A stretch of DNA of 63,986 nt, filler included, from Lama guanicoe (Eukaryota), in NCBI GenBank assembly GCA_013239625.1. It is 80 parts of 78 records of this genome, joined end to end, with 100 filler letters (N's around TTAATTAATTAA, not from the genome) between each part and the next. Parts side by side here need not be neighbours in the genome. Positions count along the whole stretch, not along the records: positions 12,302 to 12,956 come from PNXV01005449.1; positions 13,057 to 13,575 come from PNXV01005450.1; positions 13,676 to 14,231 come from PNXV01005455.1; positions 14,332 to 14,852 come from PNXV01005456.1; positions 14,953 to 15,566 come from PNXV01005457.1; positions 15,667 to 16,255 come from MU054108.1; positions 16,356 to 16,976 come from MU054109.1; positions 17,077 to 17,797 come from MU054112.1; 72 more parts are not named here. One strand, given 5' to 3'. This document shows, one piece after another, positions 12,413 to 25,100 of the stretch (the stretch's first letter is position 1; each line of letters starts with the position of its first letter). A model generated the notes under the pieces. It was not told the DNA's origin. It saw only the letters and a program-made list of their open reading frames with translations, and searched no databases. The position numbers and the translations under genes are program-made.

Positions 12413-14599
12413 ACTTATCTAATGAATCTTCTCCTCCTTTGCTTAAAATCCTGTGATTCTCTTCACTGGCCACAGAATGATGTCCAAATCCTGCAGTGGG
12501 ATGTAAAATATCCCCCACAACATGTTTCTCCAAGTCATACCCAAGCTTCCACTCCTAAGAAGGGACTTTTCACACCCCCCCCTTGCTTGTCACCCTTCCA
12601 TCATCTCCTACATTGTCCCCCTCATCCCCCCTTCCTGCCTGATAAATTGTACACTCATCCTTCCATGAATACTGCTAAATTTGCATTGCTTATGTCCTAC
12701 ATTTAAGTTCAGCATTTAATAATCACAGAGTTTTGAGAAAATTTAGACTAAACCTTAAGATACATGTTCTGTGATATATTACTATGGGTTTTTATGACTT
12801 ACAGTTATTCTAATAGAAATCATGTCATGATCCTCACACAGTGCTGGGAGGCATGGTTAGTGTGCTATGCATTGTTTCACTTAGTTCTCATTATACTGTC
12901 GTGATACGAGTCCAACAGTAGTCTTTTATTTTACTGATAGAAAACTAAGGCATAGANNNNNNNNNNNNNNNNNNNNNNNNNNNNNNNNNNNNNNNNNNNN
13001 TTAATTAATTAANNNNNNNNNNNNNNNNNNNNNNNNNNNNNNNNNNNNNNNNNNNNCTGTATATTGGTGTCAGCTATAAACAGTGATTTGGTATTTTTAT
13101 ACACTGCAAGATGATCATTATACTAAGTCTAATTACCGTCTGTCGCCATACAAAGTTATAACAATAGTTATGACTAGTTCCCCGTGTTGTACATTAGATC
13201 CCTGTGACTTACCATAACACTTAATACTCTATAAAGCTATGTAAATAGCTGTAAATTCAACATAAATGACAGAGTTAAACAAAATCTAACTCTAAAGAGG
13301 CATCATACCCGAAAAGTAGTGTAAATCTAATGTAAATCTAGAAGAAAAAAAAAACCTTGGCTCAATAAAATACTAAGAAAATCTGATAAAATTTGGGGTG
13401 TGGAGTTTAATGAGAACAAATTACCCAGGTAAAAATCCCACTTACAGGATTATATTACTATAAGACCAAACCCAAAGCAAATAATACATGTATGTAAGTA
13501 GTCCTTAGGACTAGAACACACTCTATTGTCAAGAGAAAACATCATAATACATGATCCAAAATACTGTCAGTAATTNNNNNNNNNNNNNNNNNNNNNNNNN
13601 NNNNNNNNNNNNNNNNNNNTTAATTAATTAANNNNNNNNNNNNNNNNNNNNNNNNNNNNNNNNNNNNNNNNNNNNAATGTTTATGTACATAAACTACACA
13701 GACATAGGTGGTGTAACTGAAGCAAAGAGGTAAAATAAGTGGTTAAAGGTAGACAGATGAGAAGTCCAACCAGTGTACTTAAGGCAGCACTGGGATCCCT
13801 CAGATTTAGCTAAATGGAATGGGAGTCATGTGGGAAAGGATCCATTCTCCTCACATTTTCTTTCTTATCGCCAGCCTAAGAACTTGCCAAAGGCAAAAAT
13901 ACAAATGAGTCAAAACCCTTGTTAGGTAATTTTTTGGGCATTATAGTATTTTGAAATTGACAATATAATCCCCCCAGTAGAAAAGTTACCAGAACAGAAC
14001 GCTTATCTGTGACTTTCACCTTCCCTTTACCCTTTAAAGCATATAAATTAGTTTTCTCCTCATTAATAGTGTGCTAACAATATATACTAATTTCCAAAAC
14101 GTTCTGTAGGCTTTGATGAGTCGTACCCTGCTGTCAAGTGAGTGAGTAAAAATTGTTTATGAAATGAGTGAATAAATTGGTATTTTTTTACTTCAAAAAT
14201 TCCTTTTTGCTAGACTTACTAGAAGACACTANNNNNNNNNNNNNNNNNNNNNNNNNNNNNNNNNNNNNNNNNNNNTTAATTAATTAANNNNNNNNNNNNN
14301 NNNNNNNNNNNNNNNNNNNNNNNNNNNNNNNGCATTGAATGAAATAAAGCCTATAGCTCCCTAGGCAATTCCTAGAACACTCCACAAGTGTTAATTTTTA
14401 TGATTCCACCACACCATCTAAGCAGAGACTCAAGGAAAAGGCTATAAGGAAGACAGACTCATCCCATATTGTCACTGTCTATAAAGACTGGCAAGAAGAC
14501 AAAACTTCGAGAGAACTCTCAAATCTCTCTTTTCCCCATTTGGTTACCCATTGCTGTATCCCTGCAGTGTTTCCTAAAGTTAAAATGAAAGGGTAATGC

Positions 14600-14832
14600 G
14601 TAAAATCTCTGCTCTCAAGGGCTGTGATGCATCCAGGGATTTAACCAACCGCCACTGAAATTTCCATCCAGTTGGTTAAGTCCACAGGTGTGAAACCTGC
14701 AGCCATGGAGAGCCTGTTGCGTTACGCTGTTTTACACAAGGAACTTGAGAATCTGGGGAATTTGGTACCTTCGGGGGGAGTGGGGGTGGCTCCTGGAACC
14801 AACTGCCTGCGGATACCAAGGGAGGCCTGTAT
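14600..14832. mobile_element. Tigger/MER2-type DNA transposon (MITE) relic
   Basis: Terminal sequence CCTGGAACCAA..CCTGCGGATACCAAGGGAGGCCTGTA and internal AAGGAACTTGAGAATCTG resemble MER2/Tigger ends. Confidence 0.6.
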
Positions 14833-16355
14833 ATTCCTTTGGGTTTTTATAANNNNNNNNNNNNNNNNNNNNNNNNNNNNNNNNNNNNNNNNNNNNTTAA
14901 TTAATTAANNNNNNNNNNNNNNNNNNNNNNNNNNNNNNNNNNNNNNNNNNNNATTTGTTTTCTCTGAGGATATGCATATTTTAGATATCCTTTTAATGTC
15001 CACTATTGTTAATATTTTGATTTTACTACTTGCATCAGTCATGACAAACTAGCTTATGCAATATACATAAACCTGAACATTTCAATAGCTTAAAAACTTC
15101 TATTCGTTATTGGGTTCTAGCACCTCTGATTTAATTTCACTAATGGTTTTCCATATCTTTCCTGAATTTTTGAATTCATGATTTGAATTTATTAATATAT
15201 CTAATAGCAATTTTCTGGTGAGTATTGTTTTATAGTTATTGTTTTTCTCATAGTATCTACTAAAGAAGATGGCTTATTCAAGAAAAATAGCTAACCCTTA
15301 ATAAGAATAGGGTTTTTTTGCATTGTAACTTAAACTGCTCCCATTCCCAGGCTCTGAAGGCTCTGTAATTGGTTTAAAAAACAGAAGCCTTAAAATCACA
15401 TTACTTGTAAATACCAGACGCCATGCAGCCACTAAACGAGACCTAGTGTGGAGCTTTTCAAAATGCTCCACTGCAATAGCATCGTCACTATTTGCCTTGA
15501 GTGGAAGCTCCCCCGAGAAGCGTCACTGTGCAGCGCAGAGGCTCATTTTGATCTCACTCAGAGCTTNNNNNNNNNNNNNNNNNNNNNNNNNNNNNNNNNN
15601 NNNNNNNNNNTTAATTAATTAANNNNNNNNNNNNNNNNNNNNNNNNNNNNNNNNNNNNNNNNNNNNAAAAAGCCATTCATTTTGTCTACCCTCTCAAATA
15701 TATGAGTATAAAGTTATAATGGGATTTTTATACATTTTTCTATTAATTTCTATGCCAGTTTTTAATGCTGGTATTGCTCTTGGAAATCATTTTTGCTTTG
15801 ATGACGTCTACAGGGGGTGGTCTATGCTAAAAAGAAAATATTTGGTCAACTTACTCACGGTTCCTAGGAAATTCTCTCTTTAGGTAAACTTTAGGTAAAA
15901 CCTAAGAGGATGGGCTTCATGTAGGTTTAAATAAGGCGCTGTATTAGTGATTATGCACTAATTAGCCTAATACATCTCTCTCCATAATGAGGTCTACATG
16001 TTAGTTGGGTCAAAAATAATCATTTTTACCCAGCAGTGCTTTTGTCCTTCTGGAGTCTGACTGTGGCTCCACCTAACTGGATTGGCGAGAAGGAATAGAA
16101 ATCTTTCTGATGCCTCAGAAACCACGTGGGGTTGTAGGAATTTGTGACACTGGCTGGGACTAAGTGTTGGGAAAGCCAGCCCTTTGAGTGACACAGCTGT
16201 AGCCTCCGCTGATTTTCACCCAGCCCTCCTAAAACAAAACCAAGAATAATTTCCANNNNNNNNNNNNNNNNNNNNNNNNNNNNNNNNNNNNNNNNNNNNT
16301 TAATTAATTAANNNNNNNNNNNNNNNNNNNNNNNNNNNNNNNNNNNNNNNNNNNN

Positions 16356-16976
16356 ATGTAGAACACATAATTTAGAATATAGAATACAGAATACAGAATA
16401 TCGATCTAAGGATATAGAATGTGGAAAACAGAATATAGAATATAGGATACAGAATGTAGAATATAGAATAAAGTATATAGAATGTAGAACACAAAATATA
16501 GAATATGGAGAACAGTATAAAGATCCCAGAATTTAGAACATGGAATACAGAACACAGAACTTAGAATATGGAAAACAGAATATAGAACCCAGAATATAGA
16601 AAATGGAATGCAGAACACAGAATTTAGAATATAGAATACAGAATACTGAATATAGAATTTAGAACATGGAATGCAGAACACAGAATTTAGAATATAGAAT
16701 ANNNNNNNNNNNNNNNNNNNNNNNNNNNNNNNNNNNNNNNNNNNNNNNNNNNNNNNNNNNNNNNNNNNNNNNNNNNNNNNNNNNNNNNNNNNNNNNNNNN
16801 NNNNNNNNNNNNNNNNNNNNNNNNNNNNNNNNNNNNNNNNNNNNNNNNNNNNNNNNNNNNNNNNNNGAAATAGGAAAACAAAGAACCAAAATTTAGAACA
16901 TGGAATGCAGAGCACAGAATTGAAAACATAGAATACAGAATACTGAATATAAAATTTCGAATATAGAATGTAGATC
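16356..16976 (+). repeat. AT-rich heptamer-derived satellite
   Basis: (TAGAATA)n-like with CATGGAATGCAGAACACAG landmarks. Confidence 0.92.
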
Positions 16977-17897
16977 NNNNNNNNNNNNNNNNNNNNNNNN
17001 NNNNNNNNNNNNNNNNNNNNTTAATTAATTAANNNNNNNNNNNNNNNNNNNNNNNNNNNNNNNNNNNNNNNNNNNNCCCTTCATTGATAATGAGCTCCCC
17101 CCAAAAGAGAGAAGACCTAATCCTCTGACTCCTTATCTGTAAAGTGAGAATAACAAGGAAATATGAGAGGTTTTAAGAGAAATAATGTTCATGTGAGGCT
17201 GAGGGACAATTCCCAACATACAGTAAGTACTCAATATGTGCTTACTTAATATTAATAAGAATAAATTCCATTCCAGCAACCTTAAATCAATGCTTTATGG
17301 CTTTGTCCAAAAGACTACCGACAAACTGTTGGACGAACCCCTTTGAGCAGATCAGAAGACAGGTGTTGTCAAATCTCCTGAAAGATAAATCTTCAAAGAT
17401 TGATGCAAATTAGGTTTCAAGTACAACACTCTCACTAGAATTTATCTGAAAATTATAGTCTTAGCTACTCCACACATCACATNNNNNNNNNNNNNNNNNN
17501 NNNNNNNNNNNNNNNNNNNNNNNNNNNNNNNNNNNNNNNNNNNNNNNNNNNNNNNNNNNNNNNNNNNNNNNNNNNNNNNNNNNNNNNNNNNNNNNNNNNN
17601 NNNNNNNNNNNNNNNNNNNNNNNNNNNNNNNNNNNNNNNNNNNNNNNNNNNNNNNNNNNNNNNNNNNNNGGTCTTGGTTTATCATGGGGCGGGGAATAGT
17701 TGTGGATAGATTTATGTAGCAAATATATACCTAGGGTATTTGCTGTGAAGGACTTCTAGAAATAAGAAGATTGATATATAGTCCCACCCCACCCATANNN
17801 NNNNNNNNNNNNNNNNNNNNNNNNNNNNNNNNNNNNNNNNNTTAATTAATTAANNNNNNNNNNNNNNNNNNNNNNNNNNNNNNNNNNNNNNNNNNNN

Positions 17898-18391
17898 TCT
17901 ATTTACTGTATTCTATATTGAATTTTCTGTGTTATTCATTCTATATAGTTAATTCTATATTCTGCATTCTGTATTCTATATTCTAAGCTCTGTGTTCTAT
18001 ATTCTATATTCTATATTCTGTGTCCTGCATTCCATGTTCTAAATTCTGCGTTCTATATTCTCTATTCTCNNNNNNNNNNNNNNNNNNNNNNNNNNNNNNN
18101 NNNNNNNNNNNNNNNNNNNNNNNNNNNNNNNNNNNNNNNNNNNNNNNNNNNNNNNNNNNNNNNNNNNNNNNNNNNNNNNNNNNNNNNNNNNNNNNNNNNN
18201 NNNNNNNNNNNNNNNNNNNNNNNNNNNNNNNNNNNNNNNNNNNNNNNNNNNNNNNNNNNNNNNNNNNNNNNNNNNNNNNNNNNNNNNNNNNNNNNTTCTA
18301 TATTATGCTTTACTTATTCTTTATTCTACATTCTGTGACCTACATTCTATATTCTAAATTTTATACTCAGTATTCCGTATTCTATATTCTA
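17898..18391 (-). repeat. AT-rich heptamer-derived satellite
   Basis: Same family, antisense. Confidence 0.9.
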
Positions 18392-18491
18392 NNNNNNNNN
18401 NNNNNNNNNNNNNNNNNNNNNNNNNNNNNNNNNNNTTAATTAATTAANNNNNNNNNNNNNNNNNNNNNNNNNNNNNNNNNNNNNNNNNNNN

Positions 18492-19053
18492 ATATATTCT
18501 CTTGCTCTCCTCTTCCACCTTTCATGATTTTGCTATTCTCTCTTTCTTGCTTGCTTTCTTGTTTTCTTTATTGACTTACTGACTTATTTATATCCTCATG
18601 TTTTCCCTTGCAACTCACTGTATTTATTGCATTCCCAATTATGGTTTCTTAATTTCTATAGCTTCCTGTTTATTTTTTATTTAGATTAGAACTTTCAAAT
18701 TTTTCTTAGCATAGATTTATTACTACTGAATTCTTTTAGTTTTTGCTTGTCTGTGAAATTCTTTCTCTCTTTCTGTTCTAAAGGATAGTTTTTCTAGATA
18801 GAATATCCTAGTTTGCAGCCTTTTCTTATTCAGGACTTTGAATATATCTTGCCACTCCCTTCTGGCCAGAAGTTTTTAGGTAGAGAAGTCTGCTGAATGC
18901 TTATTGGACTCCCTTGTAACAAACACTTTGTTATTCTCTCACTGCCTTTAGAATATTTTATTTAGCTTTAACCATTTTAACTATAATATGTCTTGGTGCA
19001 GGTTTGTTTGGTTTCTCCTTGTTTGGGACCCTCTGTGCCTCCTGTACTTGGAT
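18492..19053 (-). mobile_element. LINE-1 ORF1 3' part, antisense
   Basis: TTTTGCTTGTCTGTGAAA...AATATATCTTGCCACTCCCTTCTGGCC...TTGTTTGGGACCCTCTGTGCCTCCTGTACTTGGAT, whose reverse complement encodes IQVQEAQRVP. Confidence 0.85.
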
Positions 19054-19153
19054 NNNNNNNNNNNNNNNNNNNNNNNNNNNNNNNNNNNNNNNNNNNNTTA
19101 ATTAATTAANNNNNNNNNNNNNNNNNNNNNNNNNNNNNNNNNNNNNNNNNNNN

Positions 19154-19845
19154 ATATTGTGGAGGAAATAAATAAAATAGAGATTAATAACACCATTGGG
19201 AATAATGCAACGTATCCAAAAGCTGGTTTTTCAAAAGAGTAAGTAAAATCAACAAACTTTTGTCCAAACTGAAAAAAAAGAAAAGAGAGAGAGCAAAAAT
19301 TAGCAAAAAAAAAAAAGGAGAATGGAGAAATAACAACAAATAAAAAAGAAATACAGAATATCACATGAAAATATAATTAAAATTATATTACACATGAAAA
19401 TATAATTAAAATTATATTGAAGCAAACTGTATAACCTAAAGGAGATGGAAAATATTCTGGAAAAATACTGCTCACCAAGACTGAAACAAGAAGAAACTGA
19501 CCACTTGAACAAGCAAAGCACTTGAAATGAAATCAAAATAGCAATATAAATCCTCCCTATAAATAGCAGTCCAGGACCGGACAGATTCACTGAGGAATTC
19601 TACAAAACATACTAAGAAGAAATCATACCAGTTCTTCTCAAATTCTTCCAGAAGATTGAAAATGAAGGAATACTCCCAAAGTCTTTCTATGAAGCCACAA
19701 TCACACTGATACCACAACCAGGCAAAGACACAACCAAATAATATTACTATAGCCCAATACAACTTATGAACACAGACGCCAAAATCCTCACCAAAGAGTA
19801 GCAAATAGAATCCAAAAACACAGATAAAAGATTATACATCATGAC
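19154..19845 (+). mobile_element. LINE-1 ORF2 (pre-RT / RT start), decayed
   Basis: Encodes [37 protein letters not shown], typical of L1 ORF2p. Includes a 29-bp tandem duplication at 19362/19391. Confidence 0.92.
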
Positions 19846-20065
19846 NNNNNNNNNNNNNNNNNNNNNNNNNNNNNNNNNNNNNNNNNNNNTTAATTAATTA
19901 ANNNNNNNNNNNNNNNNNNNNNNNNNNNNNNNNNNNNNNNNNNNNGAGAGGAGAGTGAGGGTGAGGACCAGGGTCCCATTCCTTAGGACCATCCGTCCTT
20001 CAGCATCCCATTGCTGAGCTGATGTTGAGGGCCCAGCTGATCCCTGGGTACCCTGGGGGCAGCAC

Positions 20066-20111
20066 CTGTGCAGAGAGAAAGGAGCGGGAGCAGGACGGGA
20101 TTCCAGGCCAT
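20066..20111 (-). CDS. IGLV: Immunoglobulin lambda V (IGLV3-like) leader exon, MAWNPVLLPLLSLCT(G)
   Basis: The minus strand reads CACC-ATGGCCTGGAATCCCGTCCTGCTCCCGCTCCTTTCTCTCTGCACAG|GTGCTG. This is a 46-nt leader exon with a GT donor, matching the MAWTPLLLPLLTLCTG pattern. It is missed by the ORF track. Confidence 0.88.
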
Positions 20112-20172
20112 GGTGAAGGCGCCCTGAGCTCTGCCTCTGAGCCCATAGGTGGGGGTGGGGTCTCAAGGCCTC

Positions 20173-20205
20173 TCTTATCCTCAGAATGGACATCCTTATG
20201 CAAAT
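20173..20205 (-). promoter_or_regulatory. Ig light-chain V promoter: octamer ATTTGCAT plus TATA-like GATAAGA
   Basis: ATGCAAAT at 20198-20205 (ATTTGCAT on the minus strand, the light-chain orientation) lies about 90 bp upstream of the leader ATG. GATAAGA is at 20173-20179. Confidence 0.85.
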
Positions 20206-23104
20206 CTACTTCCTGGCCCTGTGTCCCTGGAATCATCTCCCAGCAGAGAGCATTTGGGCTCAATGGAGGATTTCGCTAGAGGCCCCACTCCCAGGCCCGG
20301 GCCCAGGTCCCAGAGTGTCTCTGGTGCTGAGTGAGGAAGTGCTGCCCCCTGCCCCCAGCACAGAGAGGCACAACTCAGTCTGAGCCTGGGCTCGCCCTCT
20401 GGGCCGAGGTGACACCATCATCTTGTGTATTGCTGCGGGCATCACAGGATGGGCTGGGGAGTGCTCATAGCAGGTGNNNNNNNNNNNNNNNNNNNNNNNN
20501 NNNNNNNNNNNNNNNNNNNNTTAATTAATTAANNNNNNNNNNNNNNNNNNNNNNNNNNNNNNNNNNNNNNNNNNNNACTTATTTGTATGTTCACAAGACA
20601 AAATGATTTGAAAGTCTCCCTCAACGACCCCTACTCACTACTGGCTCTCACCTGAGCTCCCGGATCACACATTTAACAGCCTTTAACTTTAACCACAGCT
20701 GAACACATCAGTTTTCCCCCAGAACTCCCTCTACAGGTTTCCCTACACACAGCAAAGCAAGATCATGATTTACCTCATTAATCCACACAGAAACCTGGGC
20801 CTTACTCCATCCTACATTCACAGACAGCATTCATCCTTTCCTTTTTACCAACTAAACATGCCTTCAATCTGTTCGCTTTTATTTTACCCACTGACTGTCC
20901 CACCGCTCAAGAGGAAGCCACCAACACTGCCCACCTGGACTCACGAGTCTCCTAAGTGGCCCCACAGCCACTCTCCCCTACTTGAGACAAATGGGATTTT
21001 TTCACTCCCACACTTTTTGGACTCTTTTCAGACCCACTGTTCTTAGAAGANNNNNNNNNNNNNNNNNNNNNNNNNNNNNNNNNNNNNNNNNNNNTTAATT
21101 AATTAANNNNNNNNNNNNNNNNNNNNNNNNNNNNNNNNNNNNNNNNNNNNCACCTGCTCGTTCCTCGTAAGTGCAGGATAGCATAGCTTTTGTGGTGACT
21201 GTTTTGTGACCGCCCCGTGTTGACTCTCTGCTCCAAAGGGATGCCTTGTGGTTTGGAGATGGGATTCTCACTTCTGTGAATACCCAATGATTGTGTTATT
21301 GGGCCCTGCTGATTTTAATCTATTCATTATAAAGTACATATTGTAGNNNNNNNNNNNNNNNNNNNNNNNNNNNNNNNNNNNNNNNNNNNNNNNNNNNNNN
21401 NNNNNNNNNNNNNACTTTTCATGGAATTCAGGAAACAGTCCTAAGCTACCTGCCTCTTCACAATTCTCCGTGGTGGTTTCCTTCCCTGACTAGAAGAGAG
21501 TTGCATAGGAAATTTTCTTTGTTCCCCTTTTCTTTCTTCTTTCTGTTGACCTTTCCTTCAGTCCATTTACTTACCCACTGATTCTTCTGACTTCTTCCAT
21601 AACGCATTTCAGGCAGCTTACAGAAAAACAGATACCAAAATAAACAGGTNNNNNNNNNNNNNNNNNNNNNNNNNNNNNNNNNNNNNNNNNNNNTTAATTA
21701 ATTAANNNNNNNNNNNNNNNNNNNNNNNNNNNNNNNNNNNNNNNNNNNNAAACTAAGCCCTCAGGACAAAGATCTAGCCAACCCTTCAGTGTCACCATAG
21801 AGCCAGTCCATCCTCATCACTGTGACTCTGTGCTCCATTGTCCTGGGTCCTCTCTTCCCCCTACACCCAGAAGACTTTCCTCCCTCTCTTCTCTGAGTGT
21901 CCCCTCACTTCACCCGTGGTCCCTGCTTCCTGGGTAACCATCTCTGGAGTTGACACTTTGCCCCCTCACACACCCCCGTTTGATCAGGAGCCTCGGTTGA
22001 CCTCCTTGTGCTCACTTTCCACCTTCAGATCATTGCTCCTCCTCTCTTGGGAGCTACTGTAAATCCCAGATCCTTTCCTAGAAGTGCCTGCCACCCTAGC
22101 CTCCCTGCTCATCTGCCTCAGTAAGGAGAACCTGGACCACCAGCTCTGTATTGCCTCACCTCCTACCATCAANNNNNNNNNNNNNNNNNNNNNNNNNNNN
22201 NNNNNNNNNNNNNNNNTTAATTAATTAANNNNNNNNNNNNNNNNNNNNNNNNNNNNNNNNNNNNNNNNNNNNAGAAAGCTCTCCAGGGCCCCTGCAGTGG
22301 GAAAGGCAGCCCCTCTGAGCATCTGTTATTCTGTATTCTTCCTGCCTCCACACGGTTTCGCTAGGCATCGTGTAGGACAATGCAGTAACCCGAGGTGGAG
22401 GACAGGGAGACCCCTGCTGTGTGGCGAGACACAGGAGCCCACACTTGAAGGGCAAAATGTAGAGTAGTGGGGCGGTCATAGGAACAGATGATGGTTGAGA
22501 CCCAGGATAGTGTCCTGGAGTCCAGCAGGCGAGACTGGCGGGGCAGATGGGGCCCTGGAGCAATTCCTGGAAAATGCTGCCTGTTAAGCAGCCTGTGTCG
22601 AAAGTGAGAATAAAAGACATGAAGCAAGATTGCCTCAAAAGTCATCCATTGTGTAGTTGTTAATAAGGGTCAAAGGCAAACTTGACTTGNNNNNNNNNNN
22701 NNNNNNNNNNNNNNNNNNNNNNNNNNNNNNNNNNNNNNNNNNNNNNNNNNNNNNNNNNNNNNNNNNNNNNNNNNNNNNNNNNNNNNNNNNNNNNNNNNNN
22801 NNNNNNNNNNNNNNNNNNNNNNNNNNNNNNNNNNNNNNNNNNNNNNNNNNNNNNNNNNNNNNNNNNNNNNNNNNNNGGTTCACTTGAATAATAGTAACCA
22901 AAGCAACATCAAACCCTTACAGAACTCTGTCCTGCTGTTCCAGGAACGCTGTGTTCACGACAATCCAATGAGTAGGCACCACTATGAGTTCCACTTCACT
23001 TTAANNNNNNNNNNNNNNNNNNNNNNNNNNNNNNNNNNNNNNNNNNNNTTAATTAATTAANNNNNNNNNNNNNNNNNNNNNNNNNNNNNNNNNNNNNNNN
23101 NNNN

Positions 23105-24046
23105 TGTAATTTGATCACTCCGTTTTTGAAATCTTGATATAGTTGGATATCGATGTCTAGTTCACTGATCGTTCTTTCAGGGGATTTCTCTTGTTCGTTT
23201 AATTGGGGATGGTTTCTCTGCTTCTTCAACTTTCTACTACCTCTCTGGCACTGTGGTTTATGGAGTATCAGTTATCTAATTTGGACCTAAAGAGTTTATC
23301 TACCTAAAGCCTATGTAGTTATACAACTTCNNNNNNNNNNNNNNNNNNNNNNNNNNNNNNNNNNNNNNNNNNNNNNNNNNNNNNNNNNNNNNNNNNNNNN
23401 NNNNNNNNNNNNNNNNNNNNNNNNNNNNNNNNNNNNNNNNNNNNNNNNNNNNNNNNNNNNNNNNNNNNNNNNNNNNNNNNNNNNNNNNNNNNNNNNNNNN
23501 NNNNNNNNNNNNNNNNNNNNNNNNNNNNNNNNNNNNNNNNNNNNNNNNNNNNNNNNNNNNNNNNNNNNNNNNNNNNNNNNNNNNNNNNNNNNNNNNNNNN
23601 NNNNNNNNNNNNNNNNNNNNNNNNNNNNNNNNNNNNNNNNNNNNNNNNNNCTTGTTGTTTCCAGAGGTCCTCCACTGGAGCCCTCATCTGTGCTGCTCCC
23701 AGGGCATGTCGGCAAGCAGATCGCTCCTAAACCCTACACTGGGTATGATGAAGCTCTCTTCTCTATGGGCTGTCTTGACAATGCCCTGACCGATGCTGCA
23801 GTCAGATGTTGCAGAATGACTAGGCATGATAGGGCATCACGCCCTCTCCCAGCACCACTGTAAGGGGCTGTAATCTAGCACAAAATTTGAGGGACCAACC
23901 GTCCTCTCAGGTTGCTGATCACTCTGCTGCTCTGTGCCTATATACGCTCTGCCTCAGGTTTGCACACCGGAAATGGGCTCAGGAAAGACTGAGGAAGAGC
24001 CCTGTCCCTGGTCTGGGCCAAAATCCAGCTCCTTGTTTGTCTTGTC
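23105..24046 (-). mobile_element. LINE-1 5' UTR and ORF1 N-terminus, antisense
   Basis: The minus strand of 23105-23230 encodes KKQRNHPQLNEQEKSPERTISELDID, like the L1 ORF1 start. CACTGTGGTTTATGGAGTATCAGTT is shared with 63809-63986. Confidence 0.78.
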
Positions 24047-24146
24047 NNNNNNNNNNNNNNNNNNNNNNNNNNNNNNNNNNNNNNNNNNNNTTAATTAATT
24101 AANNNNNNNNNNNNNNNNNNNNNNNNNNNNNNNNNNNNNNNNNNNN

Positions 24147-24900
24147 TACATGCAGTGTATATCCCACTGAAAAGAAAATGTGTTCCCAAGAAGCACGTGC
24201 AGGATGGTTTCACAAAAATTATCTTTCTGAGCTACTCATGTAGTGAGAAGTACGTTCATCTAGCACAAAGGGAACGGGTAGCATAAGAAAGACTGACTCA
24301 GAATACTAAGTCTGTTTCAAGTGCCGATCAGAATTTCATGCAGTTATCGACATAAAATATTGTTGGAATTATAATTTACCAATATATACGAATGTAGTGT
24401 AGTTTCAAAAAGAAAAGAATCTATAATGACTAAACAAGACAAGTGAATAGAAAATATTACATACAAACACAAAAAATAGAGCATGTGGAGGGACGTTCGT
24501 TCATCCAGCCCAAAGGGAACGGGATGCAGGGAAACAGTGAATCTGGTTTTTCAGCCTGTTTCCTTGTGCCGGTTTGAAGTGCCTCCTGTTTTCACTGTAA
24601 AACCGAGTTGGAGATTGTACCTCCCCATGTATATGTAAGGATTGGAGTTTGCAACTGAAAAGAAACTTTGTGTTCCCTTCAAGCTAGGTGAAGGACGGCT
24701 TTCACACACACTTACATCTCAGAACTGAGTATGTGGAGAGACGTTCGTTCATTCAGCACAAAGGGAACGGGTTGCAGGAGAAACATTTACTCTGGATTTT
24801 CACTCTGCATCCTAGTGCCGGTATCAAGTTCCTGCGGTTTTATTTTACCTACCCATATATAAGTATGGAGTGGAGTTTGCACCTGAAAAGAAAATATGTG
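24147..24900 (+). repeat. 249-bp satellite, degenerate monomers
   Basis: GTTCATCTAGCACAAAGGGAAC and CTGAAAAGAAACTTTGTGTTCCC motifs. The first monomer is heavily degraded and A-rich. Confidence 0.85.
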
Positions 24901-25100
24901 NNNNNNNNNNNNNNNNNNNNNNNNNNNNNNNNNNNNNNNNNNNNTTAATTAATTAANNNNNNNNNNNNNNNNNNNNNNNNNNNNNNNNNNNNNNNNNNNN
25001 GCTGGCGGCCCCGAGCTCCGTTCACTGCCACCGCTGCTGACCGGAGCACCCGGTCGGCCCGGCGACTCCGGGGGCTGTCCCCACGTGGCAGGAGGCAGCC

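Noticed and set aside
15520..15540. CACTGTG as a possible RSS heptamer
   Set aside because: There is no nonamer at 12- or 23-bp spacing and no V or J coding sequence adjacent.
22273..22640. Minus-strand acceptor-like site followed by open frames
   Set aside because: No recognisable protein in any frame and no clear donor, so support is insufficient.
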